DNA of 63,963 nt, filler included, from Basidioascus undulatus (Eukaryota), in the NCBI GenBank assembly GCA_000826855.1. It is 5 parts of 5 records of this genome, joined end to end, with 100 filler letters (N's around TTAATTAATTAA, not from the genome) between each part and the next. Parts side by side here need not be neighbours in the genome. Positions count along the whole stretch, not along the records: positions 26,863 to 56,078 come from JTLS01000133.1; 4 more parts are not named here. One strand, given 5' to 3'. A program made the translations under genes and the position numbers. Every line of letters starts with the position of its first letter. The first letter of the stretch is position 1. This document shows, piece after piece, positions 32,801 to 49,020 of the stretch. The notes beneath the pieces are model-generated. The model searched no databases. It saw only the letters and a list, made by a program, of their open reading frames with translations, and had not been told where the DNA came from.

Positions 32801-35800
32801 CGTGAGCGAGTCGGATGCGCGGCTCGTCGCAAAGTCGTACGGCAGGCACGGCAGCTCGTACAGCCGCCCGATCGCGTCCAGTCCGTTCTCGCGGATAAAG
32901 TCGCGGCAGTGCCCGGCATTCGCAAAGATGGACTCGAGGAACTGTGCGGTGCGAATGATTCAGGTGTCAGTAGATGGCAGACCAAGACTGCAGATGACAG
33001 GCGAGACTGTTGACCTTCGCGGACACGTCGATGAAGGAGATGACGACGTGCTCCTTGCTCTCGCGGTCGGCCGCCGGCTTCGAGATGATCGTCCCGTCCT
33101 CCGCCGCGTCGACGGGATGGTCTCCCTCGATCTCCATGCTTTCGCTCGCGGGCCCGCCAGTCTCGACCGTCGGGGTCTTGGGCTTCGCCTCCTCGATGGG
33201 CTTGACCTCCTCGTCGAGTGCAACAAGGCGGTAGCGGTACTTGTCCGCGCGGTCGGCGGGGTCGAACTCCCTGCCTTTCTGCTCGAGCGTACGGAAGAGG
33301 TCGAGGATCGCGGCGAGGAAGGGCTGCTTGAGCGTCGGCTGGTGCCGCACGAGCTCGTCCACCGCCCCGCCCAGCTGCGCAGCGTTCTCCTTGTCCTGGA
33401 GAACCTTGAGATGCCGCTCCGAGGTGAAGATCGAGAACATCTTGGGGATGAGAGAGCGCTTGTTAAACTCGGCAAGACCGGACTCGTTCAGGCAGAGCGC
33501 GCCGATCGCGTTGAAGACGGCCGAGATAGTCTGAAGGTCGATCCACCCGTCAGTCACTGCGCGTTAGAGCGAACTGGCACAGCAGAAACGCACGTCAAGC
33601 GAAGCCTCGATGTCCTCCTCGACCGCATCGTAGAACGCCGCGGGAAGCTTGGCCTCCTGGATGATCCCGAGCGAGGTCGGCTCGTTGTGCACGAACGTCG
33701 CCATGATGTTGACGACTGCTCATCCGCATCATCAGTCTCATGCCCCTTGACCAGCCTGATTATCGTGAACGCACCGAGCCCGAAGATCTGCGGACCAAAC
33801 AGCTTGCGGTGGCGGATGGTCTTGCCGATGCTCTGCACGATGGACGTATCGATGAGGTTGCGCAGGCCTTCGTCCGTGCCGGAAGTCGTCATCATGCGGT
33901 AGATCGAGCGGAGCATTGACTTGAGCACCTGGGCGCGGTCGAAGGGGAGCTTGCCTGTTTCGTGGCAGAACGGATCAGGATCGTTCAGGGGATGTGAGGC
34001 AAGACGAATGAGCGCACCGAACGCGTTGTCCGGGATGGCCTCCCTCTCCGCGCCGTGCTCCTCCTCGTCCTTGATGTCGAACTCAACCTCGGCCTGCGAC
34101 GCGCAACGATCAGCACCCGCTTGCACCTATAGCAATCCTCTGACTACCTACCTCGATGCGCTGGACCATGATGTCCAATCCGCGCGCGTTGCAGAACAGC
34201 GCGAGCGCGTTGGTGAACGTGTAGAGGACGACGTCGATGAGCGTGATCGTGCGCGCGATGACCTGCAAGACCCACCCCTTAGCACTGCAGTCGAAAGCAG
34301 AACTGGGATTGTGACCGAAACTCACCGGCAGCCTCTCGGGGCGCTTGTTCTCAATGAGCTGGACGAGGAGCGGGATGAGGCCGGCGCCGACGAGCATGTT
34401 GCCGCCCGAGGGCGAGGTGGAGATGTAGGAGATGAAGCTCATGAGGGCGTCGATGAAGTCGGGGGAAGAGACGGCTGTGGCACCGCCCCGTGTCCGCCTC
34501 AGCAACCGGCCTGCAAGCCAATCGCGAACCAAAAAGAAGACGCACCGTTGTCCTTCTCCAGATCCGACACCATCGACCTGAGCAACCCAAGCAAGACGCC
34601 TTGGTTGACGCCGGCGTTAACGGCGGTGAGGACCTCGATGAGCTTAGACTTGTAGCGGGCCATGGACTCGAGCGCGTAGAGCGCCGCGGACTGTAGGAGC
34701 TGCGGCGTGGCAGGGTCGAGGAGGCCGACGAGCTGCTGGATAAGCGTGGGCGAGTAGAGGAGGAGGCTCGACTGCGCGTTGCCCTCCAGCGTGACCTGCG
34801 CGTAGACCGTAATCGCCAGCAGGCGCGCGACGAGCAAGCTCCGCCGCGCCTCGAGCGCGTCGTCCCCGCGCCCGAGAATGGACGCGACCCGGATCTTCTG
34901 GAACAGCTCGAAGCGCTGCTCGACGTCCGCGGGCACGTCATGCTTCTCCACCGTGTCGGCGAAGACGCTCGAGGCGTCCGGGCCGAGGGACGCAACGTTC
35001 GGGAGGGAGATCGTCGTGAGGCCCTCCTCCAGCTGGCGCTCCTTGCCCTTGGACGCGCCAGGCGTAGGCGTGCCGGGCGCGCCCCGGGGCGTCTCCTCCC
35101 CCGGTGCCGGAGCATCCAGCCTGCGACGGCGGTAGAATGTCCAGGTCGCATCGGCTGCGTCCGGCGGGAGCTCGGTACCGGGCCGGGCGAGGTCCGCCAT
35201 TTCGAGTGGGGAGACGGAAGACCATTCGGCGGCGAGGACGAGGAGGCGCTTGGAGGAGACGCCGAAGGGGAGGTAGCTCGCGGGGGAGTGCTGCGCGTGC
35301 TGCTGGGCGGGGCGGAGGAGGAGGAGGAGGGTGTTGACGAGGATGGGGAGGGAGGTCGTGAGGAGGAGGTCGTTGAGATGCTGTCGAAGGGACGAGCGTT
35401 CAGATTCGATAGCCCCCCCGCCGTTCCCGAGCAGCAAAGATGACCCCGCCGTTCCCGAGCAGCAAAGATGACCCACCTCGAAGGAGTTATAGAGCTTTCG
35501 GTTCGTGCAGTTCTCCATGAGCAACTTGGTAAACCTCAGGATGGAGCAGACGAGGCGCTCGGTCTGGGGCGTGAACGGGTTGAGCTGCATGCCCTCCTCG
35601 TGCACGCCTTCCCCGGGCGCCCTGCCCGCGTCCTGGGCGCCCGCGCCCTTCTTGCGCGTGGCGAGCCCGTAGTCCTTGACGACCCTGCCGAGGATGGCGT
35701 CGAAGCGGTCGAGGGTCTGGGTCCACGCGTAGAGGTCGCCGCGGGGCCAGCGCCAGTGCGGGATGGCGTCGAGGAGAGCGGGGAGGTCGGCCTCGGGCGT

Positions 35801-35893
35801 GCTCGCGATCTGGCTGATGAGCGCCGCAATGGATGGGTGCGGCGAGGACACTCGCCGCCCGTGCCTTCTGGACGACTGCCGGATGGGCGCCAT
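26900..35893 (-). CDS. TOM1: HECT E3 ubiquitin ligase TOM1/HUWE1, N-terminal portion (DUF908/DUF913 repeats, UBA, acidic region); HECT domain beyond the gap
   Basis: WRWPRGDLYAWTQTLDRFD, LMENCTNRKLYNSFE, HNEPTSLGIIQE, AIGALCLNESG, VDELVRHQP, UBA LVDMGFPRRAAEAAL, VDLNFP, ETPDLYRHSALGM, acidic tract, HPLLID; ATG at 35893. Confidence 0.95.
35416..35471. repeat. Perfect 28-bp tandem duplication inside TOM1 intron 1
   Basis: ccccgccgttcccgagcagcaaagatga twice in succession. Confidence 0.9.
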
Positions 35894-38128
35894 GCCCGCC
35901 GAGGATAGCGACGACGAAGCTGGGGACGGCGAAGACGGTAGGTCCGGCGGTCTGGAAGGGGTTTCGCTGGCCAAACTGGGGGTGTTAGAGGATTTGTTGG
36001 TGAGGGTGTGGATGTGGAAAGAAAGCCGGCTCGGGGGCAGGGCGAGCTGGCAATCAGAGTGAGCGTGTGTGATGGTGGCAGTTGAAGGCCGAGCGAGCTG
36101 CAGGCCGGCGTCACGAAGGCGCGCACACGCGGAAGCGGAGACGTCAGCGGCTAGGGTCCACTACAAAATTGTAGTGATTTACTAGAAACTTCTCGTTCAC
36201 ACTTGCACAAATGCTCCTTTGCCACTTTCTTTCGGGCGGGGACTCGTTAAAATGTATTTCGTGTACAGAACTCAAGATCTGTGCAGGGTGTTGAGGTTTG
36301 TTGCTGGGCTCTCGGAGGCCGACACTAGCCCGAAGTCGCGGCCGATCAGCTGCAAGCCTTGCCTATGACCGAGCACTGGGAGATCTAACTCGTGTTGACT
36401 GAATACATTAAACTTTAAGTAAACTAATTGCTAAGTAACTCAACAGTCCTGATCATGGCCATGGAATGCGATGCCTGAAAGGCAATCGAAGACGCACAGC
36501 CTGCCACTGGCACGGCAGCAGTGCATCTACGCGGAACCTGCGGCTGTGTTATGGCGTCCACCTGTGGCAACACTTCACTTCAACCCCCGAAAGCATGGTC
36601 CAGCGTAGTGATACTCTAAAAGTATCATCGTCTTCTACGTCAGGCGTGGTCCCGAAAGCCAGAGTATCCAGCAAGATGTACCGATCATGTACGACTCGCC
36701 ACACACATCTCGAGCCTAGGCTGAGATCCATCTAACTGCGACTTCCAGAATAGTTTGGAATTAATGCTCAGACATACTCTCCTGCATAAATCTCGCCTGA
36801 GGCGAAAATGCCACGTCTGATGCGAGCTCTGCCACTTGCAGACTGCCTTGCCACACTGCGTGCGGGCGACGTTCAGCCTCCGTATCAGGGTTATGACGAA
36901 ACTTATGTTTCATGGATATAAATCCTTTACACTCTCTATACAGAGCGGATAACCCCTGCGTCTAACATACATCAGCTTCTCAGAGCCACAGTCTCGGGTT
37001 ACCCATGAAAAGACCGAACCAGCAGATCAACTTTTGGCAGTTACAAGCTCCGGAAACGGAACGCTGACTGCCTCTCGATGCCCAAAACCAATCACTACAA
37101 GGTTTTATTCCGAAAGATTATCCAATCTGCGATATCTACGAACTACCTTTACTGCAAGTGCTCTGCAGGATGGCCTTCGGTGCCGACTGAGGAGGAGCTA
37201 CGGCAGAAGTGCCTGACGTCCAGCTGCCGCTCGCGCGCTCGCGACCAGCTGCTCAGCATCTCCTCTCCAGCTTATCAGGTCGCGGCCCACAGTAAGAGCA
37301 CGGCTTAAGCCCTTTTCTTCTTGTATCCCACCACTGTCGATCCCAAATTCGCTGTACATGAATGGTGCTTATTGGATGTGCGGAGAACAGGACCGCAGTG
37401 ACTTTTACTGTCTCAGGTGTCATATTTCCCTTGAAATCAAAAGAGACTTGCATGAGTGTGATGTATGATTTCATTTGTCCTGTGGTGGTCTGGACGAGGG
37501 TAGGAAAAAAGGAATAGGGATGTGACAGTGAGGAGGTGTTGGCAGCGCGTCGCCAAGGACGGGCCGAGCTTCCTGCCTCACCTAAACACACTGGGCGAAG
37601 TTACGATATCTTGAGATTCTGCAAGCTGGGACAGTGGCCGGTTCAGAGGAAGATAGCCGGGATGGACGGAGGGCGATGGTGTGCCTGTGGTGTTTGGAGC
37701 AAACAGCGATGCGGTTGAGCGCTGGGTTCATGTTACACTTGTGGTTGTCAGAAGACATCGAGACTATATAACCACGTCAATGCTGTACATTGAGATACGG
37801 ACTTCTTTGATCATGTCTGCTTTGAAGCGGATCTGAGCTGTATTCAAGTGCGATCATGCATCTTGGTAAAATTTCACTGAGCAGGTAGCCGCCACCGACA
37901 TTCAAAGCAGTCCACGGTAAGCCCAATGCAGACATGGACGCCCTCACAGCCTTCGTGTTGATGAGATAGCCCAAGATAACCTGCTGCTCTGTCAACATGA
38001 AGATGTCGCGGAAGGGAGAGGGGGGCTACGGACTGTCTGTGTTGCGGAGCGCGCACAGCCTCTTACCCGTAAATACACAACGCTCGGCTGCCGTGCCAAA
38101 CTGCGGCGGTTGCGGCAGTGCCCCCGTC

Positions 38129-38137
38129 TTTATAAAG
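38129..38137 (+). promoter_or_regulatory. TATA box
   Basis: TTTATAAAG about 80 bp upstream of the ATG at 38212, followed by a pyrimidine-rich tract. Confidence 0.6.
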
Positions 38138-38211
38138 GCGGGAATGCGCATCGGATCTCTTCTCTCCCTTGCATCTCAGCCTCCATCTTCCACCCCCACC
38201 CGCGAAGACCG

Positions 38212-39052
38212 ATGTCTTTCCCGCAGGCCAACTACTACTCCGGCGGCTTTGGCGGTCCCCCGCCTCCTCCGAGCATGTCGCCCTACCCCGAGCCAAGCCC
38301 GTACTGCGCTCCCGCATCCGCGCCCTACGCGGCCGGTCCTCCAGCGCCATCCCCATACGGGCAGCCGTCCCCCTACCCCGGACAGCGGCAAGACCCAGGC
38401 TACTACGACCCCGGCCCGGCGCCCTCCCCGTACAACCGCACCCCTCACGCACCCTCCCCTTACCCAAGCAACAACTACAACTCTCCCTCTCCCGCATCCT
38501 ACGGCGCCTCTCCGGCCCCCTCAGGTGCCGGCGAGGCAGCTTCGTTCTACGACGGGGCGGCCCCGTCGTATCAGATCCCGTCTCCTGCGCCGCAGCAGCC
38601 GTACGGCGCCGCGCCGGGGCAGCCTGGGCTGGAGGCCGGACAGGAGGGCGAGCGCGGGTGGAAGACGAATGCGCTCGTGGGCGGGATCGGGGCTGCAGGG
38701 GCAAACCATGTTGGTGTGTCTCTCTCTACGTCTTCCTTAGGTGTTGTTCTGACTTGGACCCCTTGCCGGTGTTGAAAAGCGAACAAGCACGGCAACAACA
38801 CTGGCATGGGCGGACTTGGCTCGGCGGCGCTAGGCGCTGCGGTGGCGGGGCTCGGCACGCTCGCGTATGAACACTTTAAGGAGAAGAAGAAGCACAAGCA
38901 GGAGCAGCAGTATGGGTATGGATCGCCCCCGCCGCAGGGCCACCATGGACACCACCACCACCACCGTGGGCCTTTTCTTTGCGCTGTTGACCTACGAGGC
39001 TTAATGAAGCGTTCCCTGATGTCGAAAAACCTTGACAGACAACCAGTGGTAA
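38212..39052 (+). CDS. Pro/Tyr/Gly-rich low-complexity protein with glycine-zipper-like motif and His-rich tail; three exons
   Basis: Repeated PSPY; EGERGWKTNALVGGIGAAG; GGLGSAALGAAVAGLGTLAYEHFKEKKKHK; GHHGHHHHHH NQW-stop after two GT-AG introns. Confidence 0.78.
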
Positions 39053-39251
39053 GCGGTGACGTGGGGATCAAGGAATCTTGGACGGTTCGGGAGCAGGCAT
39101 CGCTTGCTAGTGGCACTAGGACGATGGATACGATGGATGGATGGGTGACGTGCTTGACTTGTTTTCTCTTCGGTCGCAGAGCTCAGGTCTTTCCACATGC
39201 AATCTTATCCTTTGACTCAAGTATCTGCACATACTGAATCTGGAAGACGTC

Positions 39252-39850
39252 TGTCACATTTGTGAGGAAAACCGGGCAGCGCGGATGGCCAACTGGGAGG
39301 GCGTACTGCTGGTCGTCAACGATTGACGGCACATGAAATGTTACCGGGCACGTACATAAAGCTTTTTTCTGAACTTCAAAGCGCAAAATCGTCGAGGTTC
39401 CGTCTCTCTGGTGTAGCCCCTGAGTTACACGCGCGAGCTCGCGGCTACCGCATCCTCTCTGGCTTACCGTTTCGTCTGGCTCAATCGGTGCACCAAGTGC
39501 GCCATTCAGTAGCAGTCACATCTTTGATACTTCAGAGTTCCTCTACTCTTCTATTCGTCGGTGTGCGCAGTATAGTGACAGCAACTGCACTTTCACATCA
39601 TTGCACTCTGTAGCTTGCGCTGTAGTCCATTCGAATTCGGGAACTCTCATGCCAGAATGACACCTCCGAATGACTTTTCCGGATAGGAATAATAGTCTTG
39701 GATGGAATGAAGTAAAAGATGGGAAGGGCAGCTTGGATAGGCTATTCGGACAGGACCATACCTGGACGCGACACACACGACCGCAGCTAATAAAACGCAA
39801 GCACCGCTTCGTTGTCAAGCGACTGGCCTTCAAGTTTGTTTAATTTGACA
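39252..39850 (+). mobile_element. Possible solo LTR (about 600 bp)
   Basis: Imperfect terminal inverted repeat TGTCACATT...AATTTGACA (8 of 9), AATAAA about 60 bp from the 3' end; flanks acgtc/gtacc are not a duplication. Confidence 0.3.
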
Positions 39851-41022
39851 GTACCACAAGAATTCCAAATTTCCCCAAGCATTTTTAAAGTGCGTGCGCT
39901 TCAGAATCCGAACACGCGACCTGCGCATATGGGGAGCTTGCACACTGTCATACCGCTCATCGCGACAGATAACGCCTTCTGAGGGTCTGCGTCCTGTATC
40001 ATCCCGAAGAATTGAGCAGATGGATTAAAATCAGGATCACGACTGGCAGAGGAGGTACCCAGCTCGCTCTACGGAGCCAAGGGGGATGCCGCTTTCGCCG
40101 TCACTGCGGGAGGGAGTCGGTGTTGCTCGACAGGCCGTTGATGGACGTCGTTAGGTACCACCTGTTTGTATCTAAGGACGCCTCGAAAATGGATAGGAAA
40201 ATCTACCTAGACTCCGTTACTAGTGATTGAAGGCGCTGAGACGCTCTATTCCTCCGCAGCGAATGGCAGCAGCCTGGCATTACGTTCGCTTTGCCACGCA
40301 GTGTCTTCCTTTCTCTCTGTTGTTCGCACCATCCGAAATGCTAGCAAATCCTCTTTCGTGCACTCGACGCCTTCCGGGCTGTAGTCTTGAGAGCGGCAGC
40401 CCGCTCGTCGCTATCGACTCTGCCCGACGCGTCGGCGCCTCCACCGTGCCCGCCGGCTGCCTTGACGGCAAGGCAGATCGCTGCCAGTAGTACGGAGACG
40501 GAGCTCCGGTGGGAGTTTACCGAACCTACGGCTAAGGTAGGCGACAATGTCACTAGTGTATGAACCACAACTGTTTCGTGAACTTTTTTCTGTGACATTC
40601 TCAGCGAGGCCTTCGCGAAGCACGCTGTTAAGTCGCGTCGGGCGGTGTAGACGAGCGTTTCAACGTTACCGAAGCATGTGAAAGTGCAGAAGTGACAGAG
40701 ATCCCATGACTGCTGTCGTCATGCGGCGCCCAATCGCGTCTCAGCAATGCATAATGTCCAGGAACGGTTAACACTAGAAAATGTAATAGCGAAGTGTAGC
40801 GTTGGCCGGATCACGCGCCGGGCTGCGACTTCGCCGGGGCGCCGGAGACTGCATCCGCTGGAATCGAAACGCTCTTGGTGTTCGACCTCAAGCTCACTCC
40901 TCGTCCTCGTCCTCTTCTCTTCTTTCCACCATCACCATCTCTGCGTCCACACCTCGCATCGCAGCAGATACCCCATTCTCTAGCTTTTATCCTCGGTTCA
41001 ATAGCGAACACCCTAGGAAATC

Positions 41023-43792
<2,770 letters not shown>

Positions 43793-46394
43793 GTCCTGGA
43801 AGTTGTAGCGATCGAAATTCATGTGCGGTTGAGAGTTTGAAGAATGAGAGGCGCTGAGCCGCGAAACGACGACTGCGTGGCGTGTGAGCGCTGCGACACG
43901 CGCTTGTGACCCTTTACATGATCTGTCCACGAAGGGAAAGGGTCACTGCGTAAGGCGAAGGCATACTTGTGGGATTCAGGCTCAGGGAGGGGGTGGAAGC
44001 CGAGATGCGGGATGGCACCGATTCGGGCAGGCTCGGGTTGCTATTTACACTGGTGTATACAGAAACCTGTCAGTCTATCCATGGTGATAATTCCCAAATG
44101 TAACGTCGCGAAAAAGAAACGGCAAACAGATCCGCAGGCAGTGCAAACTGATGTGGAGCTGCTGCGCTGCTGAGGCTGCCTTCCCCGAGCAGGCTGCGGC
44201 TCAATCTGACGAGGTACCGCAGCGGTCTTCGGACACTCAAACTTCTTTGGACTAGCTTTCAGCTCCTTCCTAGAACAGACTCGGGTAGCTGAACAAAAAA
44301 ACGTGCACGAGACGTGCGGCACGAGTCTGTGATGCTTCGTGGCAACTGACTCTCAGGTCCCAGCTCCAGCTTAACTCCCGAGTCCGACACCTTTTTTTAC
44401 AGAGGTTTGAAATGTTTTCGGAGTTTCATGATTAGAAATTAACGGTCACTTTTGCTCTTCAACGTGGTCGTTTGAGGACTGACATGACAATACATTCATC
44501 ATGCTAAGCTTAAAGCGCAACGCTTTGTCCGCTTCGCCGTCTTGACGAGGGGACACTATATCCATATAATATCGGGTCTGATTAAGTAGCATGGAAGTCT
44601 CAAGGTACCCATTGTTCTTTCGTCCGGCATTTCAGTGCAATTACAGGTTCCTCCGTATGAGTTGATGGCGCCTTCTGCTCTGCTGCCGCAAGACATCGCA
44701 AAGCAAGAGGAGGGCATCAATATCGTTGCTCGGGACACGCATCCGAAAAATCATCAAGTGTTTCGGGCTTGTTTTGTATGAACATGCGGCAGTCCGGGCG
44801 TCCAGAAGAACCGGGTAAGCTGGATGGCAGCCATCGGCGTATCCACCTTGTAACGCAAGATCGGACCGTTGTCAGGCATCCTCTGATCCTACTTTTTATC
44901 TAATAGTTGGTGAAGAATTCAAATAGTACTTACTGTCTCTGAGGCACTGTCCTACGGGAATCACACAGTGGGCGCATAAGAGTCAACATTTCGCAGACAG
45001 CTGCAGATAGGTTCTGACGTTATGGGATCACTCCATGCAGGCGCAGATAGTTTCCCTTGTGAAGCTATAAGAGTGATCTAACAACTTAAATACTGAAAGA
45101 CACCCTACCTTACGCCGTGTTTGTCAAGCCTCGGAAATTGAACACACTGCCGAAGGAGCAGGATCCTGCTGCTCCCCGCCGTCGGAAGTGATATGAATCG
45201 TTCCTGGCAATTTGCGCATACCATGCTGAAAGCAGAACGCATTCCCCTTCGAAGGATGTCCCTTTCATTTAAAGGTTTTAAGACTGTCGACGTGTTCTTG
45301 TAAAACCCGAGTTTCTGCCTTGCACCCTCCTGTCTGTTTGACTGATTATCAGCGGAATGTGGCTTCATTACCCCTGTGGAAAAGAGCTCGAAACCTTTGG
45401 ATTCGAACTCTCCTGCAGGCTATGACATCCAAAAGAACTGCAGCGGCGGCCTCGTAATGTCGACGACCTTGCTGTCCTACTCCTTGCAAATCCCAGCAAT
45501 TTCAATGTGCCCATTCTAAGCTGGATTTGTCCAGGATCATTGTTGATGGCTAAAATTCGTTCAGGGAACACGCCTGCTCATCACCCTTCGAATCGTCATG
45601 CTCAGAAGGGGCAGAACGGGAAGGCACAACTGCCGCTCTCACAACTCTGGCCTCGCGATGACCCAGCTCCCGCACCGCATCGCCTGCGAATAAAACTCAT
45701 ACGTAATTACAGGCTGAAATGTTGAGGAGCACCTGAGTGTCAAGACCGGAAAGCATGAGAGAGTCAAGGAAAGCAAGAGAGGCCAAGTCCAGACCTCGCT
45801 GCCCTCGCTGCATGCACCCTGAAGATGTGTTCAGGCCTCTGGAAGGCACTGTTTCCACCTCGCTGGGCTGTTAGAGGAAAGTGAATGTCTGATACAGAAG
45901 AGCTGTCGAAGTCTGCGAGGGCCGCCTGACTGGGTGAGATGCCAGAAGTGCGTCTGCGAGCGAAGCGCCAAGTGCACGCTGTAGCTGAAAGCCCCACCAG
46001 AGTGGCGACGGTGTTGGGAGAGCACGTTTTCTGATGCTGTGTCTTTTTGCTATGGACTTATTGATAACATACATGTATCACAAATTTGACCAATTTCTCG
46101 AGTGCCTCAGCAAAAATTCGTATGGCGAGGACACACATCCTTGCGCCTTTCAAATATCTGCCTTGCTTCGCACGACGCGTACGGCACAACTTTCCTCCCC
46201 AAAAACGTTGAAGCCTTAAAAGTAGGGCTTTAAATCCTATATGGTACAACGGACAGCGCAAACAGCCCATCCCCTTTACATCCCTACTCTCAGCAATGCA
46301 CATCAGCAATAGAGGAGGTGCAGGAGCCCTCCGGGAATGCGACTCACGCGTGGCGCTCAACCTCCATGACTGCGAAGCATAGCACGACCGCGGT

Positions 46395-46790
46395 TAGTCT
46401 GATGGCACGCCGGCTTGAACTCCCCATCGACGATCTCCACGTTGCTGTCCGGCGTCTTCCTGATCAGGTTTGCCGGTGTGAGATAGCCCTTCCCCTGGCG
46501 ACCTTTTCCGTCAGCTTCGCATCGTCAGCGTGCTTGGCACCCGAGAGCCCCTCGGTGCTGTCGTCGATGACGCGCTTGAGGTCCTTCGGCGACGTACCGA
46601 GCAGGTTGAGACGCTCGACTAGCTAGGGCTCCTTCTTGCCAGCGCGCAGCGGCCGGCCTTGAGCGCGGTCGGGTTCTCGAGGAGCGCTTCCCGGATGTTG
46701 CCAAGGAGCGAGTGGGCGAGTCGGGCGAGGCGGAGGAGCCGGAGCGAGGCAGCTTGGAGAAGATCCCCTCCAGATGGGCGAGGTCAGCCT
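46395..46790 (-). pseudogene. Isolated decayed coding fragment, unidentified
   Basis: GC3-rich host-like codons: LRLLRLARLAHSLLGNIREALLENP / KKEP*LVERLNLLGTSPKDLKRVIDD / KGYLTPANLIRKTPDSNVEIVDGEFKP with two frameshifts and a stop. Confidence 0.4.
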
Positions 46791-49020
46791 GAGCGGCTTC
46801 CTCGATTGATGCGGCGCTGCTGCTCAGGATGAGTCCGACACTGTTGGCGGGTTGAGTGGACTGAAACGGGCAAGCCTTGTATTACGAACGATATCGAAAA
46901 TGAAAGCGGACGCAAAAGGCGCTTGGATACGGCTGTGCGGCGGGGACGCGAGACAGCGAACGAGGGACTGTGCATGCCGGTATGTGAGCATCCAGCCTTC
47001 AGAGCAAGGCAAGGGGAAGAAAGCGCACAGATCAAGATCAAGATAACCTCTTTTCACCGAGTCCTCGAGTAGTGTTTGAACTTGGATCTGCGCAAGGACG
47101 ACGAGCGGATTCAAAGGTCAACCGTGGTCAAATATATGAAGCGGCGTCGAGGGACGATGGCGTACAAATCCGGAGTATGCGAAGGGTAGGAGGGAGAGAA
47201 TTGTACTTTGGGTGCAGTACTAGTTATGCGGCAACTCAGCACGGACCCAAAAGGCCTTCAGTAATCATCATATCCGTCCTCTGCAGCCTGTGAACCACAG
47301 CAGCTGACCTGCCGGAGAACAAGGCCTCCTTCAACAAGCTCCTAACAAGCCACCCTGCTCCAGGCCTCCAGCACCTCCACCAACCCACGGCGCTCGACGA
47401 CAACCTGCAGCCGCTGTAAAGGTGCTGAGCAGTGTCAAGCTCAGCTAAGAGTCTAGACTGTTCTGAGATGCTCAGGGATGTACCGTTTGATTGGAGGACT
47501 CTGGTGAGGAGGCGGAGCATGCCTGGCAGGATGAGGCTGGGAAGGCACGCTGAGGAGGGGGAGGAGGAGGAAGAGGAGGTGTGTTCTCCTTCCCCATTCT
47601 TCTGACCCGCTTGTTTTGTTATGAGATCGACTCAAGCATAATTTTATTTCACTCACTCTCACCTCCTCCCTCGCTTTAGACCCCAACCCCGCACGCCTCA
47701 GCACCGCAGAGACACTTCATGCTGGCATCCCCTTCTGCCTGACACTCGTCCTTCCTTCCTTCCACTCTTCCACACTGCTCTCTCCTTGTCTCTTTCCACA
47801 CTCCTCCTCCCTCCTTGCGCCCCTCAACAAAACTTCTGTCTGATGCTCGCATCCACCCTGCCGAGGCGCCGCGGCACACAAGCTGTGTGTGCTCGATCAA
47901 GCAGACGCGGGCAGATATGACACCTTCCCCCCTTTGTACACCCTCATTGGTGTGGAGAGTTGAAGCACCCCTGGACTAGATATTGGCCGTTTGGGTTTTG
48001 TCCAGAGAACACTGCTCATCCGTCCTATATAAAATGTGGTGTTCAAGCATGTTGCAAGTCCGGGCACACGAAAGCTTCTGTCGTGGACGCGCTTCGTCTC
48101 TTCGAGAGTCTCTCCCTTTCTCACAGAACAAACTCTGCTAACTTTTAACTGCACTATCTGCCTGAAGCTCAAACTATTACTTCCTTCCGCTTTCACAGCC
48201 GGCGCTGCGCCTCAGCAACAATCGTTTACTCTTGCCAATGCAACCCTCGTGTTACCCCAGTGCAACTTGGTTCAACCACCAAATGAGAGAATGTTCAGTA
48301 TGTCCAGCTGTTTGTGACAATAGGAGGTGCTGGCACAAAATGACACTTGGCGTGAGAGCGCCCTTTTGCTAAAGGCCGTGCGTCCAGTGGCATGGTGCTA
48401 GGCACGTTGCAGCCCCGTGCTGTTGATCTGTTCAATCGTCAATGCATCACTCCAAACACCTCTCGTACATCCTGAATAATGTAAATATTCTCACTGCCTC
48501 TGTGCCTTTACGGAGATTGAGAAAAACCGCGCGCGGTCGCTGCTCGAAGACGGCAGGCCGTCACCGCACAGAGATTCATTCTCACATCTTCGCAGCAGCG
48601 CGTGGGAGCGTCCTCCAGAACAATTCCGCTGAACGTGGATGATCCCCGCCATTCTCAGCACTCGCTATGGCATTCCCGCACATCGTGATATGTAGTTGCA
48701 TATTTTTCAGTCTCTGTGAGGCGGGGGAGCTTCTGTGCGGCGTTGGAGTCCAGCGAACAGCTGTCGGCCCCGATAGGCGTACTCTCGAACATCAGCCTAC
48801 GTGTAAGAAGGCCAGCGAAGTGTTCTATCACCTTGCTCGGGCGTGTGCGTTCCTCCAGTATTCTCGAGTATGGTGGGCACCATATGCCTCCGCTCCGCGG
48901 AGTCCGACATAAAGGGCAGCGCTCCCGACGCTGTCTCGCTTCTCTCATTCCACAATTCACACTCACACACACCCACCCTCCAACTATTACCCTCAACACC
49001 TTCCCGTAAGGTTACTCGAG

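Noticed and set aside
29776..33902. Long plus-strand ORFs (538 aa, 421 aa, 309 aa) opposite TOM1
   Set aside because: Antisense shadows of GC3-biased coding sequence; no motifs.
25804..35893. Functional link between MRPL8 and TOM1, or any cross-gap cluster
   Set aside because: Separated by a synthetic linker; adjacency unverified.
36400..38000. Short peptides such as EQQVILGYLINT and WPSVPTEEELRQ, faintly like DIRS or Helitron proteins
   Set aside because: Too short, on opposite strands, with no catalytic motifs.
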